From Verrucomicrobiota bacterium (GTDB lineage Bacteria; Verrucomicrobiota; Verrucomicrobiia; Chthoniobacterales; UBA10450), in contig JBEEHC010000125.1 of the NCBI GenBank assembly GCA_041167205.1, forward strand, positions 1 through 51,616: a DNA stretch of 51,616 nt, read 5' to 3'. How positions within the stretch are numbered: the stretch's first letter is position 1; each line of letters begins with the position of its first letter. Below, one piece after another: positions 1 through 9,160 of this stretch. Below the pieces are notes generated by a model. It worked only from the letters and a program-made list of their open reading frames with translations, was not told the origin of the DNA and ran no database searches. The position numbers and the translations under genes were made by a program.

Positions 1-417
1 GTTCGGCTTGTTTTTGTCGTAGGTGACGCGGACCGCATCGGCCGCGCCCTTGGCCGCCTCGAAAGTGTCCGCTACGGCGAGCGCGACGTATTGGCCGTAG
101 TAACGAATGACATCGTCCTCGAACGGCGGGCGGCGCTCTACGCAGATGCCATCAAACCCCTTGCCCATAATCGAGCGGGAAATCTTTCCGATATTCGCGC
201 GATGAAGAATCGCTCGTGCGCCCGGCATCTTTTCCGCCGCAGCGGTGTCGAGCTTTTGGATTTTGCCGTTGGCGATCGTCGCCTCAACCGGAACGGCGTA
301 CAACATTCCGGGGAAGTGGAAGTCCGACGCGTACGTCGCAAGGCCGCTCACCTTCAACGGACCGTCGATGCGCGGCTGGGGTTTCCCGATGACGGACATC
401 TGTGTGCTTTCGGGCAT
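1..417 (-). CDS. xanthine dehydrogenase-family molybdopterin-binding large subunit (PaoC/YagR-like), N-terminal part only; the gene runs off the left edge
   Basis: Hand translation of the minus strand from ATG 417 (in-frame ATG also at 399) gives MPESTQMSVIGKPQPRIDGPLKVSGLATYASDFHFPGMLYAVPVEATIANGKI..., a typical Mo-subunit N-terminus. It follows the 2Fe-2S and FAD subunit genes. It is absent from the ORF track because there is no stop inside the window. Confidence 0.75.
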   Translation of the reverse strand, partial: MPESTQMSVIGKPQPRIDGPLKVSGLATYASDFHFPGMLYAVPVEATIANGKIQKLDTAAAEKMPGARAILHRANIGKISRSIMGKGFDGICVERRPPFEDDVIRYYGQYVALAVADTFEAAKGAADAVRVTYDKNKPN

Positions 418-439
418 AAAGGAAAGGTTGATCTTGTCG

Positions 440-1444
440 TTAGGCCGTTTGCGTCGCGAGCTTTAGCGAGTGGACGAGACAGCGTTTGGCCAGCTCGACC
501 TTGAAACCGTTTTCGCTCTGCGGCTTTGCCCCACTCAACGCCGCTTCCGCCGCCATTCGGAAAACGTCTTCCGTGGCCGATTGGCCCGTCAATGCCTGTT
601 CCGCCTCAGTCGATCTCCAAGGCTTTGTTCCCACGCCGCCAAGCGCAATTCGTGCGCGAGTCACTTTTCCTCCGGCGACCGTCACCACCACTGCGGCGGA
701 GGCGAGCGCAAATTCGTAGGAAGCGCGATCGCGCAGTTTCAAATAAAGAGAGCGGCTTCCGGGCGCAGGAGGCGGAAGGGTGACGTGAGTAATCAAGTCG
801 CCCGGTTCCAGCACGGTCTCGCGATGCGGAGCACTCCCGGGCAAGACGTGGAAGTCGGCAATCGGGATGCTCCGCTCGCCTTTGGGCCCGCGAACATGAA
901 TAGTCGCTTCGAGCGCGGCCAGCGCCACGTTCATATCGGATGGATTCGTCGCAATGCAGTGTTCGCTGGTCCCGAGAATGGCCAGCGAACGATTCGCGCC
1001 ACCAATCGCGGCGCAGCCTGAGCCCGGTTCGCGTTTGTTACACGGCATATTCGTTTCTCGGAAATACATGCACCGTGTCCGCTGCAGCAGATTGCCGCCG
1101 GTAGTCGCCATGTTGCGAAGCTGTGCCGAGGCGCCGCTCAAAATCGCTTCCGAGAGAACGGCGTAGTTCTTCTGAACGAGGGGGTGGTAAGCCAAATCGG
1201 AGTTGCGGACAACGGCGCCAATCGTCAGGCCGCCGTCGGGAAGCGCTTCGATTTTTTCGAGCGGCAGCCGGTTGATGTCTATCAACGTCTGCGGCTGCTC
1301 CACGTTTAATTTCATCAGGTCGATCAGCGTCGTCCCACCGCCGATGAAGCGAATCTCCGCGCCTTGCTGCGCGGTTTTCGCTTTCGCCGCCGTGGCAATC
1401 GCCTGCGCGCTGTCGGTGGCCCGCGTGAGTGCGAAAGTTTTCAT
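440..1444 (-). CDS. xanthine dehydrogenase-family FAD-binding subunit (PaoB/YagS, CoxM-like)
   Basis: Track ORF 440..1846. The homologous part starts at [11 protein letters not shown]... (ATG at 1444). It has the [14 protein letters not shown]-binding motif. Its ATGA overlaps the stop of the upstream subunit gene. The longer N-terminal extension is arginine-rich noise. Confidence 0.85.
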   Translation of the reverse strand: MKTFALTRATDSAQAIATAAKAKTAQQGAEIRFIGGGTTLIDLMKLNVEQPQTLIDINRLPLEKIEALPDGGLTIGAVVRNSDLAYHPLVQKNYAVLSEAILSGASAQLRNMATTGGNLLQRTRCMYFRETNMPCNKREPGSGCAAIGGANRSLAILGTSEHCIATNPSDMNVALAALEATIHVRGPKGERSIPIADFHVLPGSAPHRETVLEPGDLITHVTLPPPAPGSRSLYLKLRDRASYEFALASAAVVVTVAGGKVTRARIALGGVGTKPWRSTEAEQALTGQSATEDVFRMAAEAALSGAKPQSENGFKVELAKRCLVHSLKLATQTA

Positions 1445-2109
1445 CCCGTTTTCTGCGGCTTGGCGTTTTGCCGCACGCTTTGAATAGCAGCGACAATGTT
1501 GGGATAGGCGCCGCACCGGCAAATATTGCCGCTCATCAATTCCTTCACGTCCCCGTCCTCCGGGCCGCACGGCTCCTTCAAGAGCGCCACGGCCGACATG
1601 ATCTGCCCGGATGTGCAATAGCCACATTGGTAGGCATCGCAGGTCACGAAGGCAGCCTGCATCGGATGCAAATTTTCTGGCTGTCCAATCCCCTCCAGTG
1701 TTGTGATCTCCTCCCCCTCGTGCATGGCGGCGAAGCAAAGACAGGAATTTACGCGCCGGCCATTTATGTGCACCGTGCACGCCCCGCACTGGCCATGATC
1801 GCATCCCTTCTTCGATCCCGTCAGATGGAGATGCTCGCGCAGGCAATCGAGCAGTGTCGTGCGCGGATCGATCCGCAGATCATGCTTCTTGCCGTTAACT
1901 CGAAGCGTGACCGGAATCGCGTCCTTCGAGACAGATGATGGCGCCTGTTCTTTCACGGAAGATTGCCCGAATGCTGTCGTAACAGGACCCGCGGTCGCCA
2001 GCAAGCCGGCGGTGCCCAGGCGCGAAAGAAACGTGCGACGCGTAGATCGTCCAAACTCGGACCGAGCGTCCGCTCCGGGCTTTTCAGGCGTGTCGTCTCC
2101 ATCAGACAT
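1441..2109 (-). CDS. (2Fe-2S)-binding small subunit of a periplasmic aldehyde/xanthine oxidoreductase, with a Tat signal
   Basis: Twin-arginine signal [17 protein letters not shown]. Two Fe-S cysteine clusters ([25 protein letters not shown]). ATG at 2109 is preceded by a GAGGAGG Shine-Dalgarno. Confidence 0.85.
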   Translation of the reverse strand: MSDGDDTPEKPGADARSEFGRSTRRTFLSRLGTAGLLATAGPVTTAFGQSSVKEQAPSSVSKDAIPVTLRVNGKKHDLRIDPRTTLLDCLREHLHLTGSKKGCDHGQCGACTVHINGRRVNSCLCFAAMHEGEEITTLEGIGQPENLHPMQAAFVTCDAYQCGYCTSGQIMSAVALLKEPCGPEDGDVKELMSGNICRCGAYPNIVAAIQSVRQNAKPQKTG

Positions 2110-2270
2110 GCAAACCTCCTCGCATGAAGCGTAGAATATGGTTTTGATTCCTGCCAACCATTATTCAAAAAAGTGACAGCGACCCTCCGCGCACCGCCGT
2201 AAAAATCCGGGCGATTCCTGCATGCCGCCCGTTACGAGCGCGCGGCGGCCATTTAATTCGAGATCGCCGC

Positions 2271-2600
2271 TCATGAGAGGATCTCCAGCACCGCAATCTT
2301 ATTGCCCTCGAGTGTGAAGACGAACTCCAGCTCGACGGGACTACCAGGGAAATTCCCAGTAAGCCGGTTGCTGACTATAACCTTGCCGTCTTTCTGAGCG
2401 GATGTAAGCGGCTCGAGCGTGTACTGGTATTTCTTCTTGGTCTCAGCCTTCCATCGCTTAATGGCCGCTAAACCCTCAATCGTCTGGCCTTCGTCTCGTA
2501 CGACGGCATTTTCGGCAAAGCACTGGGCCACGATTTCGGTATGACCCTGGTTCTCGGCGGCGAAATAGATTGCGATGGGCGCTGGAAATTCGATGTCCAT
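2271..2600 (-). CDS. NTF2/SnoaL-like small protein
   Basis: 109-aa ORF with the pattern AEN.VV.DEG....G..AI..W...T..KY typical of NTF2-fold proteins. It lies 6 nt downstream of the 515-aa gene. Confidence 0.6.
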   Translation of the reverse strand: MDIEFPAPIAIYFAAENQGHTEIVAQCFAENAVVRDEGQTIEGLAAIKRWKAETKKKYQYTLEPLTSAQKDGKVIVSNRLTGNFPGSPVELEFVFTLEGNKIAVLEILS

Positions 2601-2606
2601 ATTCGA

Positions 2607-4154
2607 TCACTTCTTTCCAAGAGGCTGCGGTAGAGTTCGCGGCCTCCCTTTTAGAATTTTGGGGCCTGAACTACGACTGTCGCGATATCCGAGGAGCTTG
2701 CGCCGCTTGATCATGCGGGCCACGGGCGGCGGCACCATTTTCTCCCAACCGGCCTGGCCCGCCCGGAGTTTCGCCAGAACGTCTCGCGAAAAAATGGGCA
2801 GATAGTCCTGCCGATATCCGCGAATGCTCTCAATACTGCGATTCCTCAACAGGTGAGCATAAAGATCCCTAAGATGGGGCGCGACCTGAAGGTTTTCCGC
2901 GGTAACCAACGGCTGATCCGGACTGGGACGAAACGGGTAAACGTAAAGCTTCAGTTCGTTTTTGAACAAGCGGCCGAAGGATTCCAGAATGCCACCGTCC
3001 AGGTCCGAGTAATATTTTTCGTCGAAGATTTGCCGCAGACTGGGCACGCCCATCACAAGGGCGACCCTCCTTTTAGTGTAACGAAACAGGTAACCTGCCA
3101 GCCGGTGGTAGGCGCCGTAGTTGGAGATAAGCACGGTCTTACCCAAGGTGCGGAGCATATCCACCCGGTGGAGAAAATCCTGGTGAGCGATCTCGCCATG
3201 ATCGGTGAGATTGCTAAGGGTCATTTCCATGAGCACGACGAGCTCTTCCCCCTCGACTTCGCGCTCCTGAATAAACTGGGACCGGGCACCCTCCAGCATG
3301 TCGATCGTAACATGGGTGATCGGGTGGAAGCTGCCGCGTTCGACGAGGATGGGCTTTTTGTACAGAACGTCAGAGACGTGCACTACTTCGCCGTCGGCCG
3401 TGAACATGGCGGCTCCGGCCAATCTCTGCTGCACCAATTGCAGGGTCATGACGCGGTTGTCCACATCGCGAAAGGCCGGGCCGGAAAACTCGATCGTGTT
3501 GACTTGCAGCCGCTCGGTCGTTAGACCGTCAAGCAACGAGGCGATCAACTCCTTCGGCTGCTCATGCCGGTACAAGGCCCCGTGAACCAGGTTGACGCCC
3601 ACGATGCCCAACGCTTCTTGTTGCTGGAGGTTCTCCCGGTCATTCAACCGCGCATGAATGATGATCTGGGACGGTCTTGCCCGTGGGTGATCCTGGAACC
3701 GAATTCCCAGCCACCCATGTGAATTTTCGCGCTGAAGATAACTGCGCGCCGCCACGGTATCCGCAAAGACAAAGAATTTGACGCTGGCGCCCCGCTTCCT
3801 GCCCAGCCGCTTCAGCAACAGGTGATACTCGTGGTCCAACATGCTTTGCAGGCGCTTTCGGCTCACATAGCGATCAGACCGCCCGTAGATTGCGTCGCTC
3901 ACGGTCATGTCGTAGGCCGAGATTGTTTTGGCAATTGTGCCCGCCGCACCCCCGACGCGGAAAAACCACCGGGCGACCTCCTGCCCAGCGCCGATCTCGG
4001 CAAAGACGCCATATTTGCTCGGATCAAGATTAACCTGGAGCGCCTTTTGGTGGGTGTTCGGAGCTTCGCTCTTCGTCGGCACCAAATTCGGGAGCAACGC
4101 CCTTGTTTCCCGTCCAACTGACCGCAAACCATTCCGGTCTCGTCGCGGTTTCAT
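2607..4154 (-). CDS. conserved hypothetical cytoplasmic protein (~500 aa), function unknown
   Basis: Long uninterrupted ORF with a non-repetitive, protein-like sequence (KYGVFAEIGAGQEVARWFFRVGGAAGTIAKTISAYDMTVSDAIYG...). No catalytic motif that I can name. Its ATGA overlaps the upstream membrane-protein gene. Confidence 0.6.
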   Translation of the reverse strand: MKPRRDRNGLRSVGRETRALLPNLVPTKSEAPNTHQKALQVNLDPSKYGVFAEIGAGQEVARWFFRVGGAAGTIAKTISAYDMTVSDAIYGRSDRYVSRKRLQSMLDHEYHLLLKRLGRKRGASVKFFVFADTVAARSYLQRENSHGWLGIRFQDHPRARPSQIIIHARLNDRENLQQQEALGIVGVNLVHGALYRHEQPKELIASLLDGLTTERLQVNTIEFSGPAFRDVDNRVMTLQLVQQRLAGAAMFTADGEVVHVSDVLYKKPILVERGSFHPITHVTIDMLEGARSQFIQEREVEGEELVVLMEMTLSNLTDHGEIAHQDFLHRVDMLRTLGKTVLISNYGAYHRLAGYLFRYTKRRVALVMGVPSLRQIFDEKYYSDLDGGILESFGRLFKNELKLYVYPFRPSPDQPLVTAENLQVAPHLRDLYAHLLRNRSIESIRGYRQDYLPIFSRDVLAKLRAGQAGWEKMVPPPVARMIKRRKLLGYRDSRSSGPKILKGRPRTLPQPLGKK

Positions 4155-4654
4155 TTTGCGCTATTCAAACTCGCCAGGGTCACGTGATCACGGAACCTGA
4201 TCGCGACAACGATGGTAAGGAGGACAAAGAGCATCAATACTACCAGCTGGGTGAGCTGGAAGGGCGGCTCGGTCTGCGTCGGAGCGAGCACTTGCAGGGC
4301 CGGCACTTTTTGAAACGCCTGCACGACTCCAACAAACACATTTAGATAGAGCGCTACTGAAGCGCTGACGATGTAGATCCAGCGCCAAGCGCCGGCGAGT
4401 TGACGGGGATAGCGCGCGTAGATCGCAATTGCCAGGACGATCAGCGATATGATTCCAACTACATGAGGCGCACCGAAATGATGAAGTGGAAAGCCGAAGC
4501 CGGTGGCACTTGTCGCGACTGTGGTGATCAGGAACCATTTCGTCCAACCATCGAGACGCTTGTTGGCGAGCAGGCCAAATAAGACGACCAATCCAGAGGC
4601 GATGGCGGCGAGGCTGATTAACACGTGAACTATCGTGTATGCGCGGAGTATCAT
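4151..4654 (-). CDS. integral membrane protein (about 5 TM helices), unknown function
   Basis: 167-aa ORF made of hydrophobic helices. It is translationally coupled (4-nt overlap) to the 515-aa gene. Confidence 0.6.
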   Translation of the reverse strand: MILRAYTIVHVLISLAAIASGLVVLFGLLANKRLDGWTKWFLITTVATSATGFGFPLHHFGAPHVVGIISLIVLAIAIYARYPRQLAGAWRWIYIVSASVALYLNVFVGVVQAFQKVPALQVLAPTQTEPPFQLTQLVVLMLFVLLTIVVAIRFRDHVTLASLNSAK

Positions 4655-4714
4655 AAGATCTCTCTTGGAGATGCTGCGTCTAAGCCTCGATGAACGCGAG
4701 CAATTCCTCGGTCT

Positions 4715-5539
4715 TCAGGCACGCAGGAACGTCAGTAGGTCGGCGTTAATGGTGTCGGCCTCAGTCGTGGGCATGCCGTGCGGAAAGCCCTGGTAGGTTT
4801 TCAGTGTGCTATTCTTCAGCAACTTTGCTGACAGCGGTGCCGAATCGGCATAAGGCACGATCTGGTCGTCATCGCCGTGCATCACTAGGACCGGCACAGT
4901 GATCTTCTTCAGGTCTTCGGTGAAGTCCGTCTGAGAGAAGGCGACGATACCGTCATAATGTGCCTTTGCGCCTCCCATCATGCCTTGGCGCCACCAATTC
5001 CGGATCACGGGCTCAGAGGGTTTCGCGCCAGGCCGGTTGTAACCGTAGAACGGTCCAGCCGGCACATCGTAATAGAACTGGGCTCGGTGGGCGGCCACCT
5101 GCGCCTGAAATCCGTCAAACACCTCCTTGGGCAGCCCGCCCGGATTCGCCTCCGTCTTTACCATCAGCGGCGGTACCGCGCTGATGATCACCGCTTTTGC
5201 TACCCGGCTTTCGCCGTGCCGCGCCAGGTAGTGGACCACTTCACCGCCGCCGGTCGAGTGACCGACATGCACCGCCTCCTTGAGATCGAGATGTGCAGTT
5301 AGCGCCGCCAGGTCGTCGGCGTAATGATCCATGTCATGGCCATCACCGGTCTGACTGGAACGGCCATGGCCGCGCCGGTCGTGGGCTATGACGCGATAGC
5401 CGTGCTTGAGGAAGAACAGCATCTGCGTGTCCCAGTCATCGGCCGACAACGGCCAACCGTGGCTGAAGACGATGGGCTGTCCGTTGCCCCAGTCCTTATA
5501 ATAGATTTCCGTGCCGTCTTTGGTGGTGATCGTGCTCAT
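4715..5539 (-). CDS. alpha/beta hydrolase, non-haem (cofactor-free) chloroperoxidase / arylesterase family
   Basis: N-terminus [38 protein letters not shown], nucleophile elbow GHSTGGGE, and C-terminal HGDDDQIVP and PHG, the textbook pattern of this family. Confidence 0.9.
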   Translation of the reverse strand: MSTITTKDGTEIYYKDWGNGQPIVFSHGWPLSADDWDTQMLFFLKHGYRVIAHDRRGHGRSSQTGDGHDMDHYADDLAALTAHLDLKEAVHVGHSTGGGEVVHYLARHGESRVAKAVIISAVPPLMVKTEANPGGLPKEVFDGFQAQVAAHRAQFYYDVPAGPFYGYNRPGAKPSEPVIRNWWRQGMMGGAKAHYDGIVAFSQTDFTEDLKKITVPVLVMHGDDDQIVPYADSAPLSAKLLKNSTLKTYQGFPHGMPTTEADTINADLLTFLRA

Positions 5540-5592
5540 ATTATTTGTTTTCTGTTAGCGGCTCATCGCCGCGAAGGGCCTTAGCCGGGGTG

Positions 5593-6096
5593 TCATGATG
5601 ATTGTCCGCCGATTGTTGCGGGAACGATCCGGTAGTCGCGTTGGAAGACCAGATTGTGCAGGGCGGCGGTGGCGATGGCGCGTAGCGTAGGAAGCTCGCC
5701 GGCTGCCTGCTCCTGAGTGAAGACGTTAAGCGGCCAGGTGCCGACGGTGCCACCCCGCAAGTGCGGGTGGTGGAATCCCGAGCCGTAAAAGGCGTCGATG
5801 ATGATCGGGTTGAGGCCGGTCGCCCGCTGCTCCGGCCAGGAGAGTGACCAGACGGACTCGATCCCACCACTGGCTGAACTTCGAACGCCGGTGGCCGTCA
5901 CCTCGCCGGTGCCGAGCAGGAGGTGCGCGTTGATCTCGTTCAGGGCTTGGCGGGCGTACGGATCGAGAAGGCTCACGGCTTCCGCAAAGAGTTGTTCCTT
6001 GTCGCGCCGGGAGACGGCGTCGCCGTGGGTGCCGTCCCTCAGGTCGGCGAAGTGGCGAAGCAATTCATCGATGTAGGCGGGCTGAGAGGTGGTCAT
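5593..6096 (-). CDS. hypothetical protein
   Basis: 167-aa ORF lying 7 nt downstream of the ADH stop in the same orientation. No recognisable motif. Confidence 0.5.
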   Translation of the reverse strand: MTTSQPAYIDELLRHFADLRDGTHGDAVSRRDKEQLFAEAVSLLDPYARQALNEINAHLLLGTGEVTATGVRSSASGGIESVWSLSWPEQRATGLNPIIIDAFYGSGFHHPHLRGGTVGTWPLNVFTQEQAAGELPTLRAIATAALHNLVFQRDYRIVPATIGGQSS

Positions 6097-6103
6097 GATT
6101 TGG

Positions 6104-7120
6104 CTAGCTTGATATCGTTAGGACCACGCGGAATCGCACCTTGCCGCTGTGCATCTGCTCGTAGGCTTCCGCTACGCGGCTGAGCGGGTATTTCTCGATC
6201 ATCGGGTGCACGCCGCTCAACGCGCTGAATTCCAATGTGTCCTGCGAATCTTTCGCGGTGCCGGAATACCACCCCGACACCGATCGCCTTCCCATGATCA
6301 ACGGCATCACGTTCACGGACAACGGTTCGTTAGGCGCGGCCGGCACCAGCAGGTTGCCGTCCGGCGCCAATCCATCCACCAGCGCGGAAATCGCCTCTGC
6401 GTTCGGCGCTGTTCCCAGGATCACGCGCGCGCCGCCGAGCTTTTGCAATTCCGCCGCCGCATCGCCACTGCCGGAATCGATGTAGTGATGTGCGCCCAGT
6501 TTTTTCGCCAACGGTTCTTTATCCTTTCCGCGGCCCACCGCCACGGTCTTGAATCCCATCTGCCGCGCGTACTGCACTCCGAGATGTCCCAGTCCGCCGA
6601 TGCCGTGCACCGCCACCAGGTCGCCGGCGCGCGCGCCCGAATGGCGGAGCGCGTTGAAGACGGTGACGCCCGCGCACATGAACGGCCCGGCTTCTTCCGC
6701 CGGCAATTCATCCGGAATCACGGCCAGCACCGCCGCCGGTGCGATCAAGTACTCGGCATATCCGCCGTCGAAATCGATCCCGGTGACTTTGCGATTGACG
6801 CACATGGCGAAGTCCCCGCGCCGGCACGGTTCGCAAACGAAACAATGTCCTCCATGCCAGCCCACCCCGACGCGCTGGCCTTTGCTCCATGCAGTGACGT
6901 TGGGGCCGACCGCATCGACGCGGCCCGCGATCTCGTGACCCGGCACGCGAGGAAATTGAAGCCCCGGCCAGATACCCTCCTTGACGAGCATATCGCTATG
7001 GCAAATGCCGCACGCCTCCACCTTCACGCGAACCTGCCCGGCGCCTGGCTCCGGGATCTCGCGTTCCACCAATTCAAAATCCCCACCCGCTTTGCTGATC
7101 TGCGCCGCCTTCATCCTCAT
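6104..7120 (-). CDS. zinc-dependent alcohol dehydrogenase (AdhA-like, MDR superfamily)
   Basis: GICHSD catalytic Zn motif, structural Zn cysteines (CFVCEPCRRGDFAMC), and GIGGLGH Rossmann motif. An alternative start lies two codons downstream (7114). Confidence 0.9.
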   Translation of the reverse strand: MRMKAAQISKAGGDFELVEREIPEPGAGQVRVKVEACGICHSDMLVKEGIWPGLQFPRVPGHEIAGRVDAVGPNVTAWSKGQRVGVGWHGGHCFVCEPCRRGDFAMCVNRKVTGIDFDGGYAEYLIAPAAVLAVIPDELPAEEAGPFMCAGVTVFNALRHSGARAGDLVAVHGIGGLGHLGVQYARQMGFKTVAVGRGKDKEPLAKKLGAHHYIDSGSGDAAAELQKLGGARVILGTAPNAEAISALVDGLAPDGNLLVPAAPNEPLSVNVMPLIMGRRSVSGWYSGTAKDSQDTLEFSALSGVHPMIEKYPLSRVAEAYEQMHSGKVRFRVVLTISS

Positions 7121-7133
7121 AATGCGATTACTC

Positions 7134-7220
7134 TCGTGGACGGATAAGGCGTCCAGCTATTGGACATATGAGGGATTTATTCCCACTGCCTCGGAACGAG
7201 CACCGCCTCGTCCTTTCGAA
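7134..7220 (-). promoter_or_regulatory. conserved intergenic element copy S1 (upstream of ADH)
   Basis: Aligns without gaps to 8072..8158 (75/87 identical by hand count). Contains the cccactgcctc core and the hairpin ACGAG-caccgc-CTCGT. Confidence 0.7.
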
Positions 7221-7252
7221 CGAGATGATGCCACGGCTTCACTATTTCCCTG

Positions 7253-8008
7253 TCAACGCAGACCACCCGCGACGCGCAGCGTTTCGCCTGTAATCCACGC
7301 GCTGTCTGGAGAAGCGAGGAACACCACGGCCGGCGCGATATCATTTGGTTGAGCGATGCGGCCGAGCGGCGTGCGCGCCGTCGTTTGTTTTTCGAAGTCA
7401 CTTCCCGCGAAACCGCCGGCATCGAAGCCTTCGGTTACAACGGGGCCAGGATTGATGGCGTTCACGCGGATGCCCTTTGGTCCAAGCTCATTTGCCAACA
7501 CGCCGGTGATTGCATCCACTGCACCCTTCGTTGCCGAGTAAACTACCGACATCGGCGGGGTTGCTGAGCTCGCGAGAGAACTGATGTTAATGACACTGCC
7601 CCCTTCCGGCCCAAAATGTTTTGCGGCCTCCTGGGTAGTTAAGATTAGCCCGAGAACGTTCGTGTTGAACTGCCGGTGAAACTCATCCTCGGTCACTGCT
7701 TCCAGGGGTTCGAAGCGATAGACGCCCGCGTTGTTGACGAGAATATCGAGCGCGCCGAAAGCCTTCTTCGACTCCGCGAATAAGCGATCAACCTCCGCCT
7801 TCTTGGCCACATTGGCTTGGACCGCCACGGCCTTTCCACCCTTGTTGATAATCTCGGCTACGACCTTGTCAGCGTCTGTCTTGCTGGAGGCGTAGTTGAC
7901 GATCACCGCGGCGCCTTCAGCCGCGAGATGTTTGGCGATGGAAGCGCCAATTCCTTTCGATGCGCCCGTCACGACCGCGACTTTCCCGTTCAGTTTTCCG
8001 TCTTTCAT
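7253..8008 (-). CDS. SDR-family oxidoreductase (FabG-like)
   Basis: TGASKGIGASIA cofactor motif, NNAG, and the S...YSATK catalytic motif. Confidence 0.9.
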   Translation of the reverse strand: MKDGKLNGKVAVVTGASKGIGASIAKHLAAEGAAVIVNYASSKTDADKVVAEIINKGGKAVAVQANVAKKAEVDRLFAESKKAFGALDILVNNAGVYRFEPLEAVTEDEFHRQFNTNVLGLILTTQEAAKHFGPEGGSVINISSLASSATPPMSVVYSATKGAVDAITGVLANELGPKGIRVNAINPGPVVTEGFDAGGFAGSDFEKQTTARTPLGRIAQPNDIAPAVVFLASPDSAWITGETLRVAGGLR

Positions 8009-8071
8009 TGCGTGCCTCTCATTTTTTGGTTTTTTGGAAATTCATCACCTCCACTGGTGTAAAATCTAACT

Positions 8072-8158
8072 TCGTGGACAGACGAGGCATCCAGCCAGTG
8101 GACATAGGAGTGATTTGTTCCCACTGCCTCAGAACGAGTACCGCCTCGTTCTTTCGAA
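8072..8158 (-). promoter_or_regulatory. conserved intergenic element copy S2 (upstream of SDR 7253..8008)
   Basis: Same 87-nt element as S1. Perfect 7-bp hairpin GAACGAG-taccgc-CTCGTTC. Confidence 0.7.
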
Positions 8159-8293
8159 GGAGGTGTAGCGACCCCGCCCCCAGACGGGTTGCCGATCTAG
8201 AGGACCGGCAGGCGATGCGCCCGCCCTACAATTCTTGGATTTGTGTAGGACGACCGCTCCGGTTGCCAGCGGCGCTCGTCCCCACGTCTTTTG

Positions 8294-8704
8294 CTAAGAA
8301 GGGTGCGTTGGAAACGTATCTCCAAACATGGGATGTCCGCTCTTGGACTGCTCGCTGGTGGCCTCGTCCTGGATGACATCCCAATGCTCGACCAGAATCC
8401 CGTCGTTGATGCGAAGGATGTCCGCTGCAATCCAGTTCACGGGCTGGCCGAAGCCGGAAAATCGCCCGTGTACGATCACCAAGTCTTTCTCGGCCACAAT
8501 CGTGCCCGGTTCATACTCGAACTCCGACGGCATGCTCTTGATTAAATCAAACAGACCTTCACGCCCGGGGGCGATGTGAGCGCTATGCTGGATGTAGTTG
8601 GGCGACCAATAGCGCTCAGCCGCCGCGTAGTCACGTTTGTTGAATAGAGTGTCAAAAGCCTCGAGTACGAGTGCCTTGTTTGTTTCTTGTTGGGTTGGGT
8701 TCAT
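8294..8704 (-). CDS. SnoaL-like / NTF2-family protein
   Basis: NKALVLEAFDTLFNKRDYAAAERYWSPNYIQHS...VEHWDV is the SnoaL polyketide-cyclase-like pattern. ATG 8704 has a GAGGA Shine-Dalgarno. The track ORF extends to a GTG at 8740. Confidence 0.75.
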   Translation of the reverse strand: MNPTQQETNKALVLEAFDTLFNKRDYAAAERYWSPNYIQHSAHIAPGREGLFDLIKSMPSEFEYEPGTIVAEKDLVIVHGRFSGFGQPVNWIAADILRINDGILVEHWDVIQDEATSEQSKSGHPMFGDTFPTHPS

Positions 8705-8736
8705 TGAATTTGTCCTCACAGTCTGTCGCTGATTCT

Positions 8737-9138
8737 TCACATTGCGAGTTGCTGCTCTACTATCTCATCGACGCGGTCCGGATAGAACGCGACGTGTCCT
8801 CTGATCTGCTCTACGGCAGGAAACGGCTCCTGGTACGACCACACCGCATTGACGGACTTCTTTCCTCCGGCAGGAATGCTGTAGTAATTGCAGTCGCCTT
8901 TGTACGGACAGTAAGTTGCGTGATCCGTCCGCTCCAACTGCGAAAAATCCACGTCCTCACGTGGAATATATTCCACCGGCGGATACGACGCTTCGCGAAG
9001 CGTCAGGGCGTTGCGGGTATCGGCAATCACACGGCCCGCGACGGATACGACAACGCGAGCCGGATTGGGCTGGATGGAAATCGGATGATCTGGACCCGGA
9101 AGCTTGACCTGTTTTTCTCTCATGTTTCGGTTTTCCAT
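8737..9138 (-). CDS. DUF427 domain protein
   Basis: The YCPYKGDCNYYS and AVWSYQEP...HVAFYPDRVD motifs are characteristic of DUF427. The start is uncertain (ATG 9138 or 9123). Confidence 0.7.
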   Translation of the reverse strand: MENRNMREKQVKLPGPDHPISIQPNPARVVVSVAGRVIADTRNALTLREASYPPVEYIPREDVDFSQLERTDHATYCPYKGDCNYYSIPAGGKKSVNAVWSYQEPFPAVEQIRGHVAFYPDRVDEIVEQQLAM

Positions 9139-9160
9139 TCTGTTCGTGCTCAGCCCAGAA

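Noticed and set aside
1445-1846. N-terminal 134-aa extension of the FAD-subunit ORF; similar extensions occur on ORFs 49787..51469, 29013..30020, 32156..33181 and 41670..45032
   Set aside because: The extensions overlap neighbouring genes in other frames and are Arg-rich. Homology-like sequence begins at internal ATGs with sensible spacing or coupling.
7160-7225. Apparent conserved peptide across the S elements on the plus strand (..[YC]SHCL[GR]TSTAS.., NY[LF]HCLR..)
   Set aside because: There is no shared start codon or Shine-Dalgarno. The reading frame is antisense to all neighbouring genes. The variable part coincides with compensatory hairpin changes, so conservation is at the nucleic-acid level.
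7134-8158. Reading the S elements as sigma-54 (-24 GGCA / -12 TTGC), sigma-70 or ECF (GGAAC...GTC) promoters
   Set aside because: GGCAGTG fits only the -24 half, and the -12 position is AT-rich and non-matching. The spacing of GGAAY to GTC is about 13 nt, too short for ECF promoters. There is no -35/-10 pair with 17-nt spacing. The promoter class is therefore left open.
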